From Bacteroidota bacterium (GTDB lineage Bacteria; Bacteroidota; Rhodothermia; Rhodothermales; Bin80), in the NCBI GenBank assembly GCA_026709065.1, contig JAPOTS010000100.1, positions 15,625 to 79,624 on the forward strand: a stretch of 64,000 nt of DNA. The letters are read 5' to 3'. The notes under the pieces are model-generated. The model did no database searches and was not told the DNA's origin. It saw only the letters and a list, made by a program, of their open reading frames with translations. A program made the position numbers and the translations under genes. Positions 47,713-58,222 of the stretch are shown here, one piece after another (position 1 is the first letter of the stretch; each line of letters opens with the position of its first letter).

Positions 47713-48175
47713 AGTGAAATCCTTCCAAGATTCCCTCAGCCATTAAAAATGCGATGACGCTATTTGAAATCTGTTTGGGCATCTTAGTATAGTCCATATC
47801 CAGTAACCGTCGGTCATAATTGGAAAAGACTTGACACCAAGCGTTTGACTGCACAATCAGAGCATTTACAACGTTATGTCCTTTGGCATAAAAAATCACT
47901 TCTCGAAAATCCTCCTCAGCCACAAGCCCAGTGCATCCGACTAAATGAAGTTGCCCGCTGATGGTTTCAGCGGTGATTATATGGCCTGGAATTTCGTGGT
48001 TCAAGTGGCCTGGGAATTCCACATCAATTGAAATTTCCAGTTTAACACTCAGTTGGACTTCTGGATTGACAATCTCATATAAGACGGAACCGTCATTACG
48101 TATGGGCTTCGCTCCAAGCGTGCGACCAATTCGTTCAAAGTCTTCGTCATTAAACTGAAATCTCATATCTGCCAT
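47696..48175 (-). CDS. Hypothetical protein (159 aa) co-transcribed with ybeY
   Basis: Uninterrupted ORF that overlaps the ybeY start by 17 nt and sits 14 nt after the DUF2723 gene. No motif recognised. Confidence 0.45.
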   Translation of the reverse strand: MADMRFQFNDEDFERIGRTLGAKPIRNDGSVLYEIVNPEVQLSVKLEISIDVEFPGHLNHEIPGHIITAETISGQLHLVGCTGLVAEEDFREVIFYAKGHNVVNALIVQSNAWCQVFSNYDRRLLDMDYTKMPKQISNSVIAFLMAEGILEGFHFDEDA

Positions 48176-48188
48176 TTAGCGATAAATT

Positions 48189-51107
48189 TTAATTTTCGTC
48201 TTGAATATCTTCTGCCCGAGAATCCTGTTGAGTGGAGTTCTCTATACTTGAAGTATCGTCCATGTTATTGCCATTAAACAAACCTAATGAAAGCTCTCGC
48301 ATTTCCTCAGCCGTCACCTCTTCTTCCCCTCCGAAAACAGCACGAATTTTATTTTCAAACTCTGCAGCCCCCTCATAGTCGGCGGCTTGAAGATATGCGG
48401 CCCGCACTGACGTTAAAAATGTGAGTGAAAATTGACTAAACTGATCATTATCCCCAGATTTGAGTCGATGTAGAAGCCTTGGCTCTGACGTACGGAAAAT
48501 TTGAAGCGCCCTGTCAAAATCTCCTACTAACTGATAGACGCGTGCGACATAAATAAATGAAATAAAGTCGCCTGGAATGGTAGAAAATGGAATTTTCTCC
48601 ATGAGTGAATCCATCAGTGCAATCCCTTCCTCTACCTGACCCGCTTCCACCATGGCAGACGCTGCATGCGAAAAAATATTTCGATAATTGTCAACCATGC
48701 GCCGTATATTTGCATCATAATAGACATCAGGGTTATTAAGGTTTCTAAATCTGAACTGCCGAAGTCTTTGAGGAGTCACCCCTAGTTCAACTCGACCTAG
48801 AGGTTCATCGTGGCGTATCGGAACGATCCGTAATGCCTGCCCTTCCAACTGCAAATAATTCTCCAAATCTAATCGCCCATCATTTGAAACAGTCACAGCG
48901 AAGTATACAGGCCGCGTCCAATCCTGTGAAGCAATTCCAGTGATGATACTCAATGTCGCAATATCTGCCCCATAAAGAAGATTCAAAGGCTCTCCAGTTT
49001 CTGGATTCGTTGTATATGGTCGTCCATTTAGGACCCAAGTCATAGTAGAGTCAAGTTGGCTACGATCAGTTAATCCTATAAATACATCGGAATCTTCAGA
49101 GAATAGATTTGGATCTACGGGAAGAATCATCCTATTTGGCTCCCATAAACGAGCTCCCAAATCATTGATTTCTGATTCGGATAAACCAATCGGTAGAGGA
49201 GTCGATTCTCGGGAATATTGATTTTTGAGTTGTCTGACATACCAGGGAGTATTTAATAAGGACAGGTTTGCAACGCGAACATCTCTTCGAATTTTTTCAA
49301 CCTCTTGGGCATACCATAATGGAAATGTATCGTTGTCACCATTGGTGAATAGAATTCCATTTTCAGCAACACTCATCAGCATATTGTAAGCATAATCGGG
49401 AGCAATATAGCGTCCTGAACGATCATGATCATTATAATTTTCAATTGCCATCCAACCGGGTACAAGAAGAAATATAATGAAAGGGGCAATCTGCATAACG
49501 AGTCTACTATTGACTGCCTCTCGGATCAATTGTAACAACCCTGTTGCTCCTATTCCAATCCAAAAAGCAAATGCCATGAAGCTGGCCACATAGGCATAAT
49601 CTCGCTCTCGGGGTTGAAGAGGAGTTTGATTGAGATATAGGATGATCCCAACACCTGTCACTAAAAATAGCACCAAAACACTAAAAGCATGCTTCCAATC
49701 CCGCCTGAAATGATAGAACATTCCGAAAAACCCTAGCAAAAGAGGGAGCGCAAAATAGCGATTACGACTTGCCTTCTCGCTGGGGGATTCTTGGAACACC
49801 TCAGATGACCGATCAAGTATTGGAATCCCCGTGATTGCCCGAGCACCTTCAACATCGCTCTCACGTCCAGAGAAATTCCAAAGGAAATAACGTAGGTACA
49901 TATGTCCTAACTGGTACTTCCAAAAGTATTCCAAATCGGAAGAATACTGACGATAGACATTGACATGTTGAGGGGATGGGGAATGTCTTCTGGGAAATGG
50001 TTTAATGTGATCTTCATCATAATTACCAGTCCGATCATTAAATGTAGCCCCATTAAGGATAGGGGTATCCCCATACTGCTCTCGTTTAAGATAGGAAACA
50101 ATCGCTTCTGGTGCCTCAGGATCATTTTCATCAATCGGAGGATCCGCAGCACTTCGAATAAAGATCACTGCATAACTAGAATAACCGATGAGAACCATCA
50201 ACACACATACTGATATGAGATTTGCAGTTTGTAACCTTTTGCTATGAGTGATCCAAACCGCACTGGTGACCGCAATCATCAGAACCAATAGTGTCAGCAG
50301 TGGCTGTCCAGTCGCCCCTACAATCCCAGGCAATGTTTGAACAATACCGGGGTAAATTCCCAAGAAAATGACAGAAGCAACAATAAGCATCAACAGAATC
50401 CCTTTCCACCGCTTGGCAGACCTCCATTCTGGTTGCCCAGTGATCGTCCATTCTTTTTTATCAAACTCTACAAAGAAGACAATCATTGCAATAAAAAATA
50501 ATGCAAGAATACTCAGCAAATGTACACCAATTGCAAGACCAAATAAATAAGCCACTAAGATGAGAATTCGGTTCGCATCAAGCCCCAGTCGGTCGTTTTT
50601 CATGCGCAACTCTTCATCTGCCAATTCTGCCCATTTTAAGATCAGCCAGATGACAAGAGCCGTAAATAGCATAGACATAGCATACACTTCGGCTTCAACT
50701 GCATTAAACCAGAATGAATCTGTGACCGCAAATGTACAAGCACCAATCACCCCACCAAAATGGTGTAGGAACGTCGGCTGCCCCTCTGTCTTGGTCTGGA
50801 TAAACTGCTTCAACAAACGAACAATAATCCAATAGGCTAAAAGGATGGTAAATGAGCTTGATAGCACTGAGACCATATTCACTGATAATGAAACCAGAAG
50901 GTCTGGGGCAAACATTGAAAATAGCCTGCCAACCAGCATATAAAATGGTGCACCTGGTGGATGAGAAACCTGCAAACCATGAGCAATCGCGATAAACTCA
51001 CCAGCATCCCAAAAACTTGCGGTCGGTGCAACAGTTAACACATAAATGACTGTTGCATATATAAATACCCCGAGGGATACTAAAAAACTTGCGCTTTTAA
51101 ATCTCAT
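48189..51107 (-). CDS. DUF2723-family polytopic membrane protein (putative glycosyltransferase) with C-terminal TPR-like region
   Basis: N-terminal SFWDAGEFIAIAHGLQVSHPPGAPFY motif characteristic of DUF2723, many TM helices over the first roughly 560 aa, and a large soluble C-terminal domain. Confidence 0.7.
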   Translation of the reverse strand: MRFKSASFLVSLGVFIYATVIYVLTVAPTASFWDAGEFIAIAHGLQVSHPPGAPFYMLVGRLFSMFAPDLLVSLSVNMVSVLSSSFTILLAYWIIVRLLKQFIQTKTEGQPTFLHHFGGVIGACTFAVTDSFWFNAVEAEVYAMSMLFTALVIWLILKWAELADEELRMKNDRLGLDANRILILVAYLFGLAIGVHLLSILALFFIAMIVFFVEFDKKEWTITGQPEWRSAKRWKGILLMLIVASVIFLGIYPGIVQTLPGIVGATGQPLLTLLVLMIAVTSAVWITHSKRLQTANLISVCVLMVLIGYSSYAVIFIRSAADPPIDENDPEAPEAIVSYLKREQYGDTPILNGATFNDRTGNYDEDHIKPFPRRHSPSPQHVNVYRQYSSDLEYFWKYQLGHMYLRYFLWNFSGRESDVEGARAITGIPILDRSSEVFQESPSEKASRNRYFALPLLLGFFGMFYHFRRDWKHAFSVLVLFLVTGVGIILYLNQTPLQPRERDYAYVASFMAFAFWIGIGATGLLQLIREAVNSRLVMQIAPFIIFLLVPGWMAIENYNDHDRSGRYIAPDYAYNMLMSVAENGILFTNGDNDTFPLWYAQEVEKIRRDVRVANLSLLNTPWYVRQLKNQYSRESTPLPIGLSESEINDLGARLWEPNRMILPVDPNLFSEDSDVFIGLTDRSQLDSTMTWVLNGRPYTTNPETGEPLNLLYGADIATLSIITGIASQDWTRPVYFAVTVSNDGRLDLENYLQLEGQALRIVPIRHDEPLGRVELGVTPQRLRQFRFRNLNNPDVYYDANIRRMVDNYRNIFSHAASAMVEAGQVEEGIALMDSLMEKIPFSTIPGDFISFIYVARVYQLVGDFDRALQIFRTSEPRLLHRLKSGDNDQFSQFSLTFLTSVRAAYLQAADYEGAAEFENKIRAVFGGEEEVTAEEMRELSLGLFNGNNMDDTSSIENSTQQDSRAEDIQDEN

Positions 51108-51279
51108 GAAGTTCTGTCTGCGGTAAAAAGAGTGATTATTGCATATAACTCTGAGATTGGTTACGTGTTGCTACAATGTATGTAATGGTAAGCATCAAAA
51201 CCATCGATCATTCGTTTTTAATCAAAATCATGGCCCTTTACGATGTGTCAATTCGTGCTCTGATCAGTTGCTCTAACCG

Positions 51280-52734
51280 ATGACGATTCTACACAGAATG
51301 ATATTAAAACAGCTTCCTGGCCCATTTCTGGGTTGGATGATGCTGTTAATGTTTCTATTGTTAATGCAGTTTCTGATTAGATTCTTACCCGATTTAACTG
51401 GAAGAGATCTGCCGATCGCATTGATTCTAGAATTAATCATGTATAATCTTTCATACATGGTTGTGTTAGCAGTACCTATGTCATCTCTTCTTGCGACACT
51501 CATGGTATTTGGTTCTCTGGCTGAATCACGCACTTGGGTCGTCATTCGAAATTGCGGAATCACGCTCTGGAGTTTGACATGGCCTGTATTCGTCGCTGCT
51601 GCTCTTCTATCATGGGGAATGACCTATTTTAATAATGTCTTGCTTCCCGAATCAAATTTTAGAGCCCTCAATATGTGGCAAACGATTAGAAGTGCACGAC
51701 CGGGCTTTGAATTGGAGCCAGGCGTGTTCTATCAGGAGATTGATGAATACAGTATTCTCGTTGGACAACGCGACCACAATTTTCTTTATGACATTCTCAT
51801 CTATGATTACACAAATGGGCTTCCCAATCCTGTTACGATCAGAGCAACTATGGGAGAATTGGTGCCTAAGGGAAATTTTCTTGAAATGATTCTGTTAGAC
51901 GGTGAGATGCATCGATTGATGCGTCCAACGGGGGGTAACACCAATGAGCGTTACGAGAAACTCATTTTTGACCGATTTTCTTTGACGCTTGATTTGAGCG
52001 AACTCGGACTTCAGGATGAACCAGAAACTCAGGGGTATCGTTCGGATCGTTCCACTCCCGTTGATCAAATGATTGAGATTGTAGATTCATTGAAACTCCG
52101 AGTGACTCACCATAATGACAAACTTAGAGCCATTGCTCCAGTCCCAGCTCAAATAGATACATCCATTATGAGACTACAGACTGAGGGCATGCCCGAGTAT
52201 GGGTCCAAACAAATAATGCCACGTTTTGGGGCGTTATTTAGGGGGAATGTAGATTCAATTGCACGAAGCAATGTTCTTGAGGGGTTAACCATGGAAGAGA
52301 TTCGGCGCACATTTCAGCACGCTCGTGATCTCGGACAAAGTTCACGGAGTGCAGTATCTGGTCGGGGAAGAAATTTGAAAAATACTACCACTTTATTAAA
52401 TCGTTATCAGGTTGAGATTCATAAGAAATATTCTATCTCATTGGCATGCTTCATCTTCGTGCTTATTGGTATCCCGCTTGGATTAAGTATTCGTAGGGGG
52501 GGATTAGGGGTCGCCTCACTCGCGGCAATGAGCATATTTATTTTTTATTGGTTCTCGTTGGTTCAAGGGGAAAAGCTTGCGGATCGAGGATTCTTAAATC
52601 CTTGGATAGGGATGTGGATTGCCAATATTCTCATCGGTATAGTTGGCATTTGGTTATATATTCGGGTCGCACATGATCGCAGATCTAAACCATCCTACGC
52701 GGCCAGGTCAGATGCCCCAACTCATTTGCAATAA
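51280..52734 (+). CDS. LptF/LptG-family (YjgP/YjgQ) LPS export permease
   Basis: N-terminal ILKQLPGPFLG...FLLLMQFLIRFL, a large periplasmic loop and C-terminal TM helices with EIHKKYSISLACFIFVLIGIPLG. The start is more likely the ATG at 51298. Confidence 0.75.
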   Translation: MTILHRMILKQLPGPFLGWMMLLMFLLLMQFLIRFLPDLTGRDLPIALILELIMYNLSYMVVLAVPMSSLLATLMVFGSLAESRTWVVIRNCGITLWSLTWPVFVAAALLSWGMTYFNNVLLPESNFRALNMWQTIRSARPGFELEPGVFYQEIDEYSILVGQRDHNFLYDILIYDYTNGLPNPVTIRATMGELVPKGNFLEMILLDGEMHRLMRPTGGNTNERYEKLIFDRFSLTLDLSELGLQDEPETQGYRSDRSTPVDQMIEIVDSLKLRVTHHNDKLRAIAPVPAQIDTSIMRLQTEGMPEYGSKQIMPRFGALFRGNVDSIARSNVLEGLTMEEIRRTFQHARDLGQSSRSAVSGRGRNLKNTTTLLNRYQVEIHKKYSISLACFIFVLIGIPLGLSIRRGGLGVASLAAMSIFIFYWFSLVQGEKLADRGFLNPWIGMWIANILIGIVGIWLYIRVAHDRRSKPSYAARSDAPTHLQ

Positions 52735-53187
52735 CTCGGAAACTCTGTTCTTCGGTTGAATGGTTGATGTCTCATAATACTCTGACAACTCCAACGAATA
52801 TTTTATCCGGTAATCTGTGGGTGGATATGATTTCTGGTGCTTTGAATCAGTGACTCGTAATGAACAAGTCCTCTTCCTTGAAATTGCATCCATCAATGCC
52901 TTGAGGATTATTTTCACATTGGAATCTAACATATCTTGTTCAATAATTCTAAACTCAATGAATCTATCATAATTAATTTGGGTTGAAAGTGGAATGTTGC
53001 CTTGTTTTTGATTGATACGAGACCCATTTGGACACTCAACTTATCCAGATACCCCTCTTCAATCACATCGTTACTGCAACCCAAATTTGTCATCTTAGAC
53101 TATCTCCAACGATTTTATCTCTAACTCCCATAAAACTGGCAATTCAATGGCTCCTAATGATGAGATGATTTCTAAGATCGTTTTGAG

Positions 53188-53871
53188 TTGACCTCCATGC
53201 TTTATTTGGTACCAACACCTATCGGTAATTTAGCAGATTTGACATTTCGCGCAGTTGAAGTTCTTCAGTCTGTGGATCTGATCGCATGTGAAGATACAAG
53301 AACATCTGGGGTTCTACTGGCCCATTATGAAATAAACACACCTACAATCAGCTATCATGATCATAATGAGCGTTCAAGAGGGCCCTACCTGATTGATCAG
53401 ATGAAATCTGGAAAGCAAATTGCCTTGATCAGCGATGCAGGATCACCTGGGATCAGTGACCCCGGATTTTATCTGGTCCGGATGTGCTGGGATGCAGGAA
53501 TCTCTGTTGAAGCCCTCCCTGGTCCATCAGCATTTATTCCCGCACTCACAGCCAGTGGTCTTCCCTCTGAAGAATTCGTATTTCAGGGATTTCTACCCAC
53601 ACGCAAAGGGCGACAAAAACGCTTAGAATTGATAAGCCGTGAAATCCGCACCGTTGTCCTCTATGAAAGCCCCCATCGACTCATTCGCACACTCACTGAT
53701 TTGCTACACTTGATGGGAAATCAAAGAATGTGCGCTGTATGCCGTGAACTGACCAAGAAATTTGAAGACATCCAACGAGGAAACCTCCATACATTGCTCC
53801 ATTACTACCAAGCAAAAAACTCTGTGAAAGGCGAAATAGTCATAATTATTGCTCCCCCCGAATTTAAATAA
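53188..53871 (+). CDS. rsmI: 16S rRNA (cytidine1402-2'-O)-methyltransferase RsmI
   Basis: LYLVPTPIGNLADLTFRAVEVLQSVDLIACEDTR and DAGSPGISDPG are hallmark RsmI motifs. The likely start is the ATG at 53197. Confidence 0.9.
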   Translation: MTSMLYLVPTPIGNLADLTFRAVEVLQSVDLIACEDTRTSGVLLAHYEINTPTISYHDHNERSRGPYLIDQMKSGKQIALISDAGSPGISDPGFYLVRMCWDAGISVEALPGPSAFIPALTASGLPSEEFVFQGFLPTRKGRQKRLELISREIRTVVLYESPHRLIRTLTDLLHLMGNQRMCAVCRELTKKFEDIQRGNLHTLLHYYQAKNSVKGEIVIIIAPPEFK

Positions 53872-53881
53872 TGCATAACCA

Positions 53882-54517
53882 ATGACCGAAGTAAAATCAT
53901 TTACACACAATCCATTTGGTACCAATTCCTTTGTCTGTCATAATAATTCTGAGGCCGTCATTGTGGATGCATCATGCTCTACTGACAGGGAAGAGCAAGA
54001 GATTTTAGATTACATCCACTCCAATCAACTCACCGTTAAGCATTTGCTTCTGACTCACGCGCATATTGATCATGTCTTTGGATGTATCAGGCTTTCAAAC
54101 CAATTTAATCTTGGTTGGAAGGCACATCCAGATTGTGCTATATTACTTAAACATGCACCTCAACAAGCAATGTTGTATGGTCTCCGATTGAAACCTCTAT
54201 CAATAGATATTCAATATTTGACGATTCAAGATGTCATTACATTTGGTGATGCCACATGGCAAATCCTTTACACACCTGGGCACGCCCCGGGTTCATTATG
54301 CTTTGTGGATGAAGCAAGCCAGTTCATCATTGCAGGGGATGTACTGTTTCATCGGTCCATCGGAAGAACAGACTTACCTGGAGGAGATTTAGGTGTTTTA
54401 ATGGAATCCATTTTTCAGCAATTACTCACGCTTCCCGATAATATGACCGTTTACTCAGGTCATGGGCCTATCACGAATATTGGGGATGAACGCCGTCATA
54501 ACCCTTTCCTTCAATAA
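53882..54517 (+). CDS. MBL-fold metallo-hydrolase (glyoxalase II-like)
   Basis: LLLTHAHIDH (HxHxDH), TPGHAPGS and a later GD..F...IGRTD motif. Confidence 0.85.
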   Translation: MTEVKSFTHNPFGTNSFVCHNNSEAVIVDASCSTDREEQEILDYIHSNQLTVKHLLLTHAHIDHVFGCIRLSNQFNLGWKAHPDCAILLKHAPQQAMLYGLRLKPLSIDIQYLTIQDVITFGDATWQILYTPGHAPGSLCFVDEASQFIIAGDVLFHRSIGRTDLPGGDLGVLMESIFQQLLTLPDNMTVYSGHGPITNIGDERRHNPFLQ

Positions 54518-55623
54518 TCCTCATCTGTATCGTCATCTACAAGAAGCCTCACCTCCTCATCGGTCGGGCGATAATCAAGCCTCATGATGGAATTATAGAC
54601 TAATTCCCCCATGTAACTACACCCATAAAATTGTTCATCTCCATGAAATGCCCCTAAGCTATTCGCGAGAATTGATACATGCTTCGGTTCAGCAATATGA
54701 TCTTTTTTCATGACCTCTAACAAGGCATGGACTCGTCCGTCACTGACGTTAACCCGATGTCTCATCAGCGCACGTTCTTCCTTCCTATATTGAGCAATTG
54801 ATGCTGGCGGTAGTACATCCCTCACCGCATCAACAAATAAAGCATTTCTATCATAGGCCTGAGGCCGATAGACCTCAATCTTGCGATGATGACTTTGCTG
54901 ATCAAAATCAATGGGGCGAAACCGGTAATGATGTTTTTCAAAATCCCGCGTTACATCAACGACAAAGTTACCTGCATGCATATCACCAAGCAGTTGAAAC
55001 AGACAACGGGTGTCAAACTTGACGAACTGTTTTGCCAACCGAACGAGGTCAAAACGATTTTTGGGCATGGCTGATTGAAGAAATACATCACCAGGAACTC
55101 CAACAATATGATCTTCAATAATCGTTTCATCTCGAACATAATATTGAATTCGACTTGGTGAGAGTAAATGTTCAAGTTCAAGCCCATAGATGCGGTTGGC
55201 ATCGGTTCGCTTAACATAGTAGTAATCAAAATTCTCATTCAATGCATTGACAATTCGCACCCTATAAGGAAGTGTATTTCCATAAAGACACAGATCAACG
55301 CGATCTACATATAGATGCTGAATGATGGAAAGATCTCCATGACCTCGCAAGTCTGCATATGTGACGACTAAATCATGATCAATTTCCCTTTGCTCATTAG
55401 GTTGGTAAATCACGCTTGCCCACAAAGTATCCTTACCATCTTCATCGTAAAGTGGAACAGATTCTACATATCTGGAAAGATCCAGATAACGAACCCCCCT
55501 ACTCTTTAATCTTCTATAACGCCCCAAATATTGCTTCAAATCCTTTGTTAGTGGGTAAAATTCCTTTTTTCGACTCACTAAGTGTTGATTGAGACGGGCT
55601 GGTGACGAATCAGGAAACTCCAT
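54511..55623 (-). CDS. Hypothetical protein with protein-kinase-like catalytic motifs
   Basis: LGDMHAGNFVVD resembles the HxDxxxxN catalytic loop of APH/Kdo/WaaP-type kinases, and RPIDFDQ resembles the metal-binding DFD/DFG motif about 20 aa later. There is no signal peptide. Confidence 0.4.
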   Translation of the reverse strand: MEFPDSSPARLNQHLVSRKKEFYPLTKDLKQYLGRYRRLKSRGVRYLDLSRYVESVPLYDEDGKDTLWASVIYQPNEQREIDHDLVVTYADLRGHGDLSIIQHLYVDRVDLCLYGNTLPYRVRIVNALNENFDYYYVKRTDANRIYGLELEHLLSPSRIQYYVRDETIIEDHIVGVPGDVFLQSAMPKNRFDLVRLAKQFVKFDTRCLFQLLGDMHAGNFVVDVTRDFEKHHYRFRPIDFDQQSHHRKIEVYRPQAYDRNALFVDAVRDVLPPASIAQYRKEERALMRHRVNVSDGRVHALLEVMKKDHIAEPKHVSILANSLGAFHGDEQFYGCSYMGELVYNSIMRLDYRPTDEEVRLLVDDDTDEDY

Positions 55624-55977
55624 TGAATTTTTGCTGGATGATGTACAGTCTGATCTTGATTTGAAAGAGAATGATTATTTTTGAAAGATACGGATCTCCA
55701 TCATGAGTGTATTTAAAGCATCCTATTGGTCTGTCATTGCAATCCACTGATGGATTATCTTATAATACATTACCCTGAGAGATAATTCATTCCATCTGCA
55801 TGTTAGAATGACCACCGAGCCGTTCAATTACGAACATGATATCTTAGTTCAGCGTGAAAACAGCATAATACTATATCATTATTGTTGTGTGATCTCTTTC
55901 TATCTTGTGGATTGATGAAAACATGTTACGGTAAACCGTTCAATATTCTACGGCGTTATTAAATTGATAATCATTGA

Positions 55978-57996
55978 ATGTTTGACCACCAATTGAAGCT
56001 CTCGCAAGATACTTCAACCGATTGTGTCACAGTATCGGTGATCATTGTCAACTATAATGTGAGAGAGCTACTGCGTCAATGTCTGCGAAGCGTTGAAAAA
56101 TCTCTTGCTAACATTTCTTCAGAAGTGATTGTGGTTGACAATAATTCGGTAGATGGCTCTGTCCAAATGTTGCGGGATGAATTTCCCCATATCACGTTGA
56201 TTGATAATCATTCAAATATTGGATTTTCTCGTGCAAATAATCAGGGAATCCAAATTGCTAACGGAGAATTTTTCTTAATTTTGAACCCCGATACAATCGT
56301 AGAGGAAGATACCATTGGTGTGTTAGCTGAGTTCATGATTACACACCCAAAGGCTGGTGCAGTTGGATGCCAAATCCTCAATCCAGATGGAACATTTGCC
56401 CTGGAAAGCCGGAGGTCTTTCCCTAATCCCAGCGTGGCTTTCTTTCGTATGACTGGCATGAGTCGACTCTTCCCAAAAAGTAAATTTTTTGGGCGCTATA
56501 ACCTGACATACCTACCACAGGATCAAGTGACAATCGTAGATGCTTTGAGTGGTTCTTGTATGTTTCTACGACGTTCTGCACTCATCTCATCTGAGAACTC
56601 TACCTCAGTTGCGGGACTCTTTGATGAAGAATTTTTTATGTATGGTGAAGATCTTGATCTATGTTATCGAATCCAACAGGCTGGTTGGTCAATCTACTAT
56701 ACTCCAAAGACTCAAATCATTCATTACAAGGGTGAGAGTACGAAAAAAGGTGACTTCAGATATGTACGCCTGTTTTATGGCGCAATGACGCGCTTTGCTC
56801 AAAAGCATTTAAGCGAAGATTATCCTAAGGCATTTTTATGGATTTTACATCTCGCAGTCATCCTATTAGGCTCATTAACGGTTCTGGCAAATATCCTACG
56901 TCATCCTGCGGTTCGAGATTTTGTTGTCTGCTTTGCAATTATCACTGGCCTCGGACTATTGAGATCCCTTCAATTAGGGTTTATATTCCCTCCTGTCTTC
57001 TTTTGGGGTGTATCTCCGTTCTTCGCGTTAATTGTCATGGGAGTCATTGCCGCATGGGGAGGATACCGAGGGGATCGCCCTAGCTTAGGGTTGGTCTTTA
57101 TGGGGGCTTTGATTTCGGTGACCTCTTTGGCAGCATTCTCTTTTTTTGTCAAGCAAATCGCATTTTCAAGAATGGTCATCCTTGCCTGCCTCCCTGCATG
57201 TTTAGTATTTTTATCCGCTATTCGCTTGATCCCACGCAAACGCAAGTCCCATGGTCTTAGAACCCTTGTAGTGGGCAATCTCAGCAACACTAATATTCTG
57301 GCTTCTCCGCAATTTTCTCAACATGTGCTAGTGGGAATCGTGACTCAAAAACAAGATGAAACGACCCCTACGACTCTGAGCTACCTTGGTAACTATAATC
57401 AACTCCGAGACATTGTCCGTATTTATGAAGTTGAATCAATAATATTTTCCTCAGCTGGTTTGACGAATAAAGAAATCTTTGCTCTCATGCAAAATTTACT
57501 TGGAACCCCAGTTAAAACCTACATCCTTGCCGAAAAGCAGGATCACTTAATTGGTAAATCAACCATTGAAAGCTTGGATAAACGAACTCTTTTAGACGCA
57601 GAAGAGGTCATCGGCACAATTCGATCCCACACTGCCCGCCGTACTTCAGATATCATCGCCGCTTTAATTGGGGCATTCATCCACCCAGCGATTTCTTTAC
57701 TGTCTACAATCGCCGGTCCTCAGTCTATATGGGCTCGCAGACATGAGCGCACCCGCCAATGGCGGGAGGTCCTAATTGGGAAACGATCTCTGATAGGTTT
57801 TGATGAAGACGGCGAGTTTATCCCCGCGACTGAATGGCAACTTCAACCAGGCGTATTTGCCGTCAGTGAAATGTTAGGACCGCGCCTGAGGCGCCCAACC
57901 GAAGAAATTGAGCACGCCTATTGGTATTATGTGCGCCATCAGTCAGCAGTCATGGACTGGATGATCGCATCTCGTGCATTGCGCGGATCCTTGTGA
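55978..57996 (+). CDS. Family-2 glycosyltransferase fused to a polytopic membrane region and a WbaP-like (CoA-binding-type plus degenerate sugar-transferase) C-terminus
   Basis: N-terminal GT2 motifs (VSVIIVNYN, VVDNNSVDGS, EDLDLCYR), then about 5 TM helices, then LRTLVVGN...VGIVTQ (Rossmann-like). The tail ARRTSDIIAALIGAFIHP...VLIGKRSLIGF parallels the flanks of the catalytic domain of the intact sugar transferase at 59940-61355. Confidence 0.7.
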   Translation: MFDHQLKLSQDTSTDCVTVSVIIVNYNVRELLRQCLRSVEKSLANISSEVIVVDNNSVDGSVQMLRDEFPHITLIDNHSNIGFSRANNQGIQIANGEFFLILNPDTIVEEDTIGVLAEFMITHPKAGAVGCQILNPDGTFALESRRSFPNPSVAFFRMTGMSRLFPKSKFFGRYNLTYLPQDQVTIVDALSGSCMFLRRSALISSENSTSVAGLFDEEFFMYGEDLDLCYRIQQAGWSIYYTPKTQIIHYKGESTKKGDFRYVRLFYGAMTRFAQKHLSEDYPKAFLWILHLAVILLGSLTVLANILRHPAVRDFVVCFAIITGLGLLRSLQLGFIFPPVFFWGVSPFFALIVMGVIAAWGGYRGDRPSLGLVFMGALISVTSLAAFSFFVKQIAFSRMVILACLPACLVFLSAIRLIPRKRKSHGLRTLVVGNLSNTNILASPQFSQHVLVGIVTQKQDETTPTTLSYLGNYNQLRDIVRIYEVESIIFSSAGLTNKEIFALMQNLLGTPVKTYILAEKQDHLIGKSTIESLDKRTLLDAEEVIGTIRSHTARRTSDIIAALIGAFIHPAISLLSTIAGPQSIWARRHERTRQWREVLIGKRSLIGFDEDGEFIPATEWQLQPGVFAVSEMLGPRLRRPTEEIEHAYWYYVRHQSAVMDWMIASRALRGSL

Positions 57997-58170
57997 TAGT
58001 GTCGTGACGTGACCAATGCTCAAGGCTGGGTTTGAAGGGCACCTTTGATCAATTCTCATTGAACAAAGGTGCCTCTAAGTTCTCAATCCAATCTCTTGTT
58101 ATTGAGAACGATTTGACTCAAAATTTCTACCCTGCTTATCAATCCTACAAAACATATAACTTATATCACA

Positions 58171-58192
58171 GGTGACAATCACTATTGTCACC
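58171..58192. promoter_or_regulatory. Perfect palindrome (candidate operator) upstream of the PIN-module operon
   Basis: GGTGACAAT-CACT-ATTGTCACC lies 30-60 nt upstream of the candidate starts (TTG 58223 / ATG 58253). Confidence 0.4.
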
Positions 58193-58222
58193 TAAACCTA
58201 ACGTAGTCCAAGTAAGTACAAG

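Noticed and set aside
52708-52932. 74-aa minus-strand ORF in the 453-bp gap between the LptF/G permease gene and rsmI.
   Set aside because: It overlaps the 3' end of the permease gene and has no motif or start context. The gap is more likely plain intergenic sequence.
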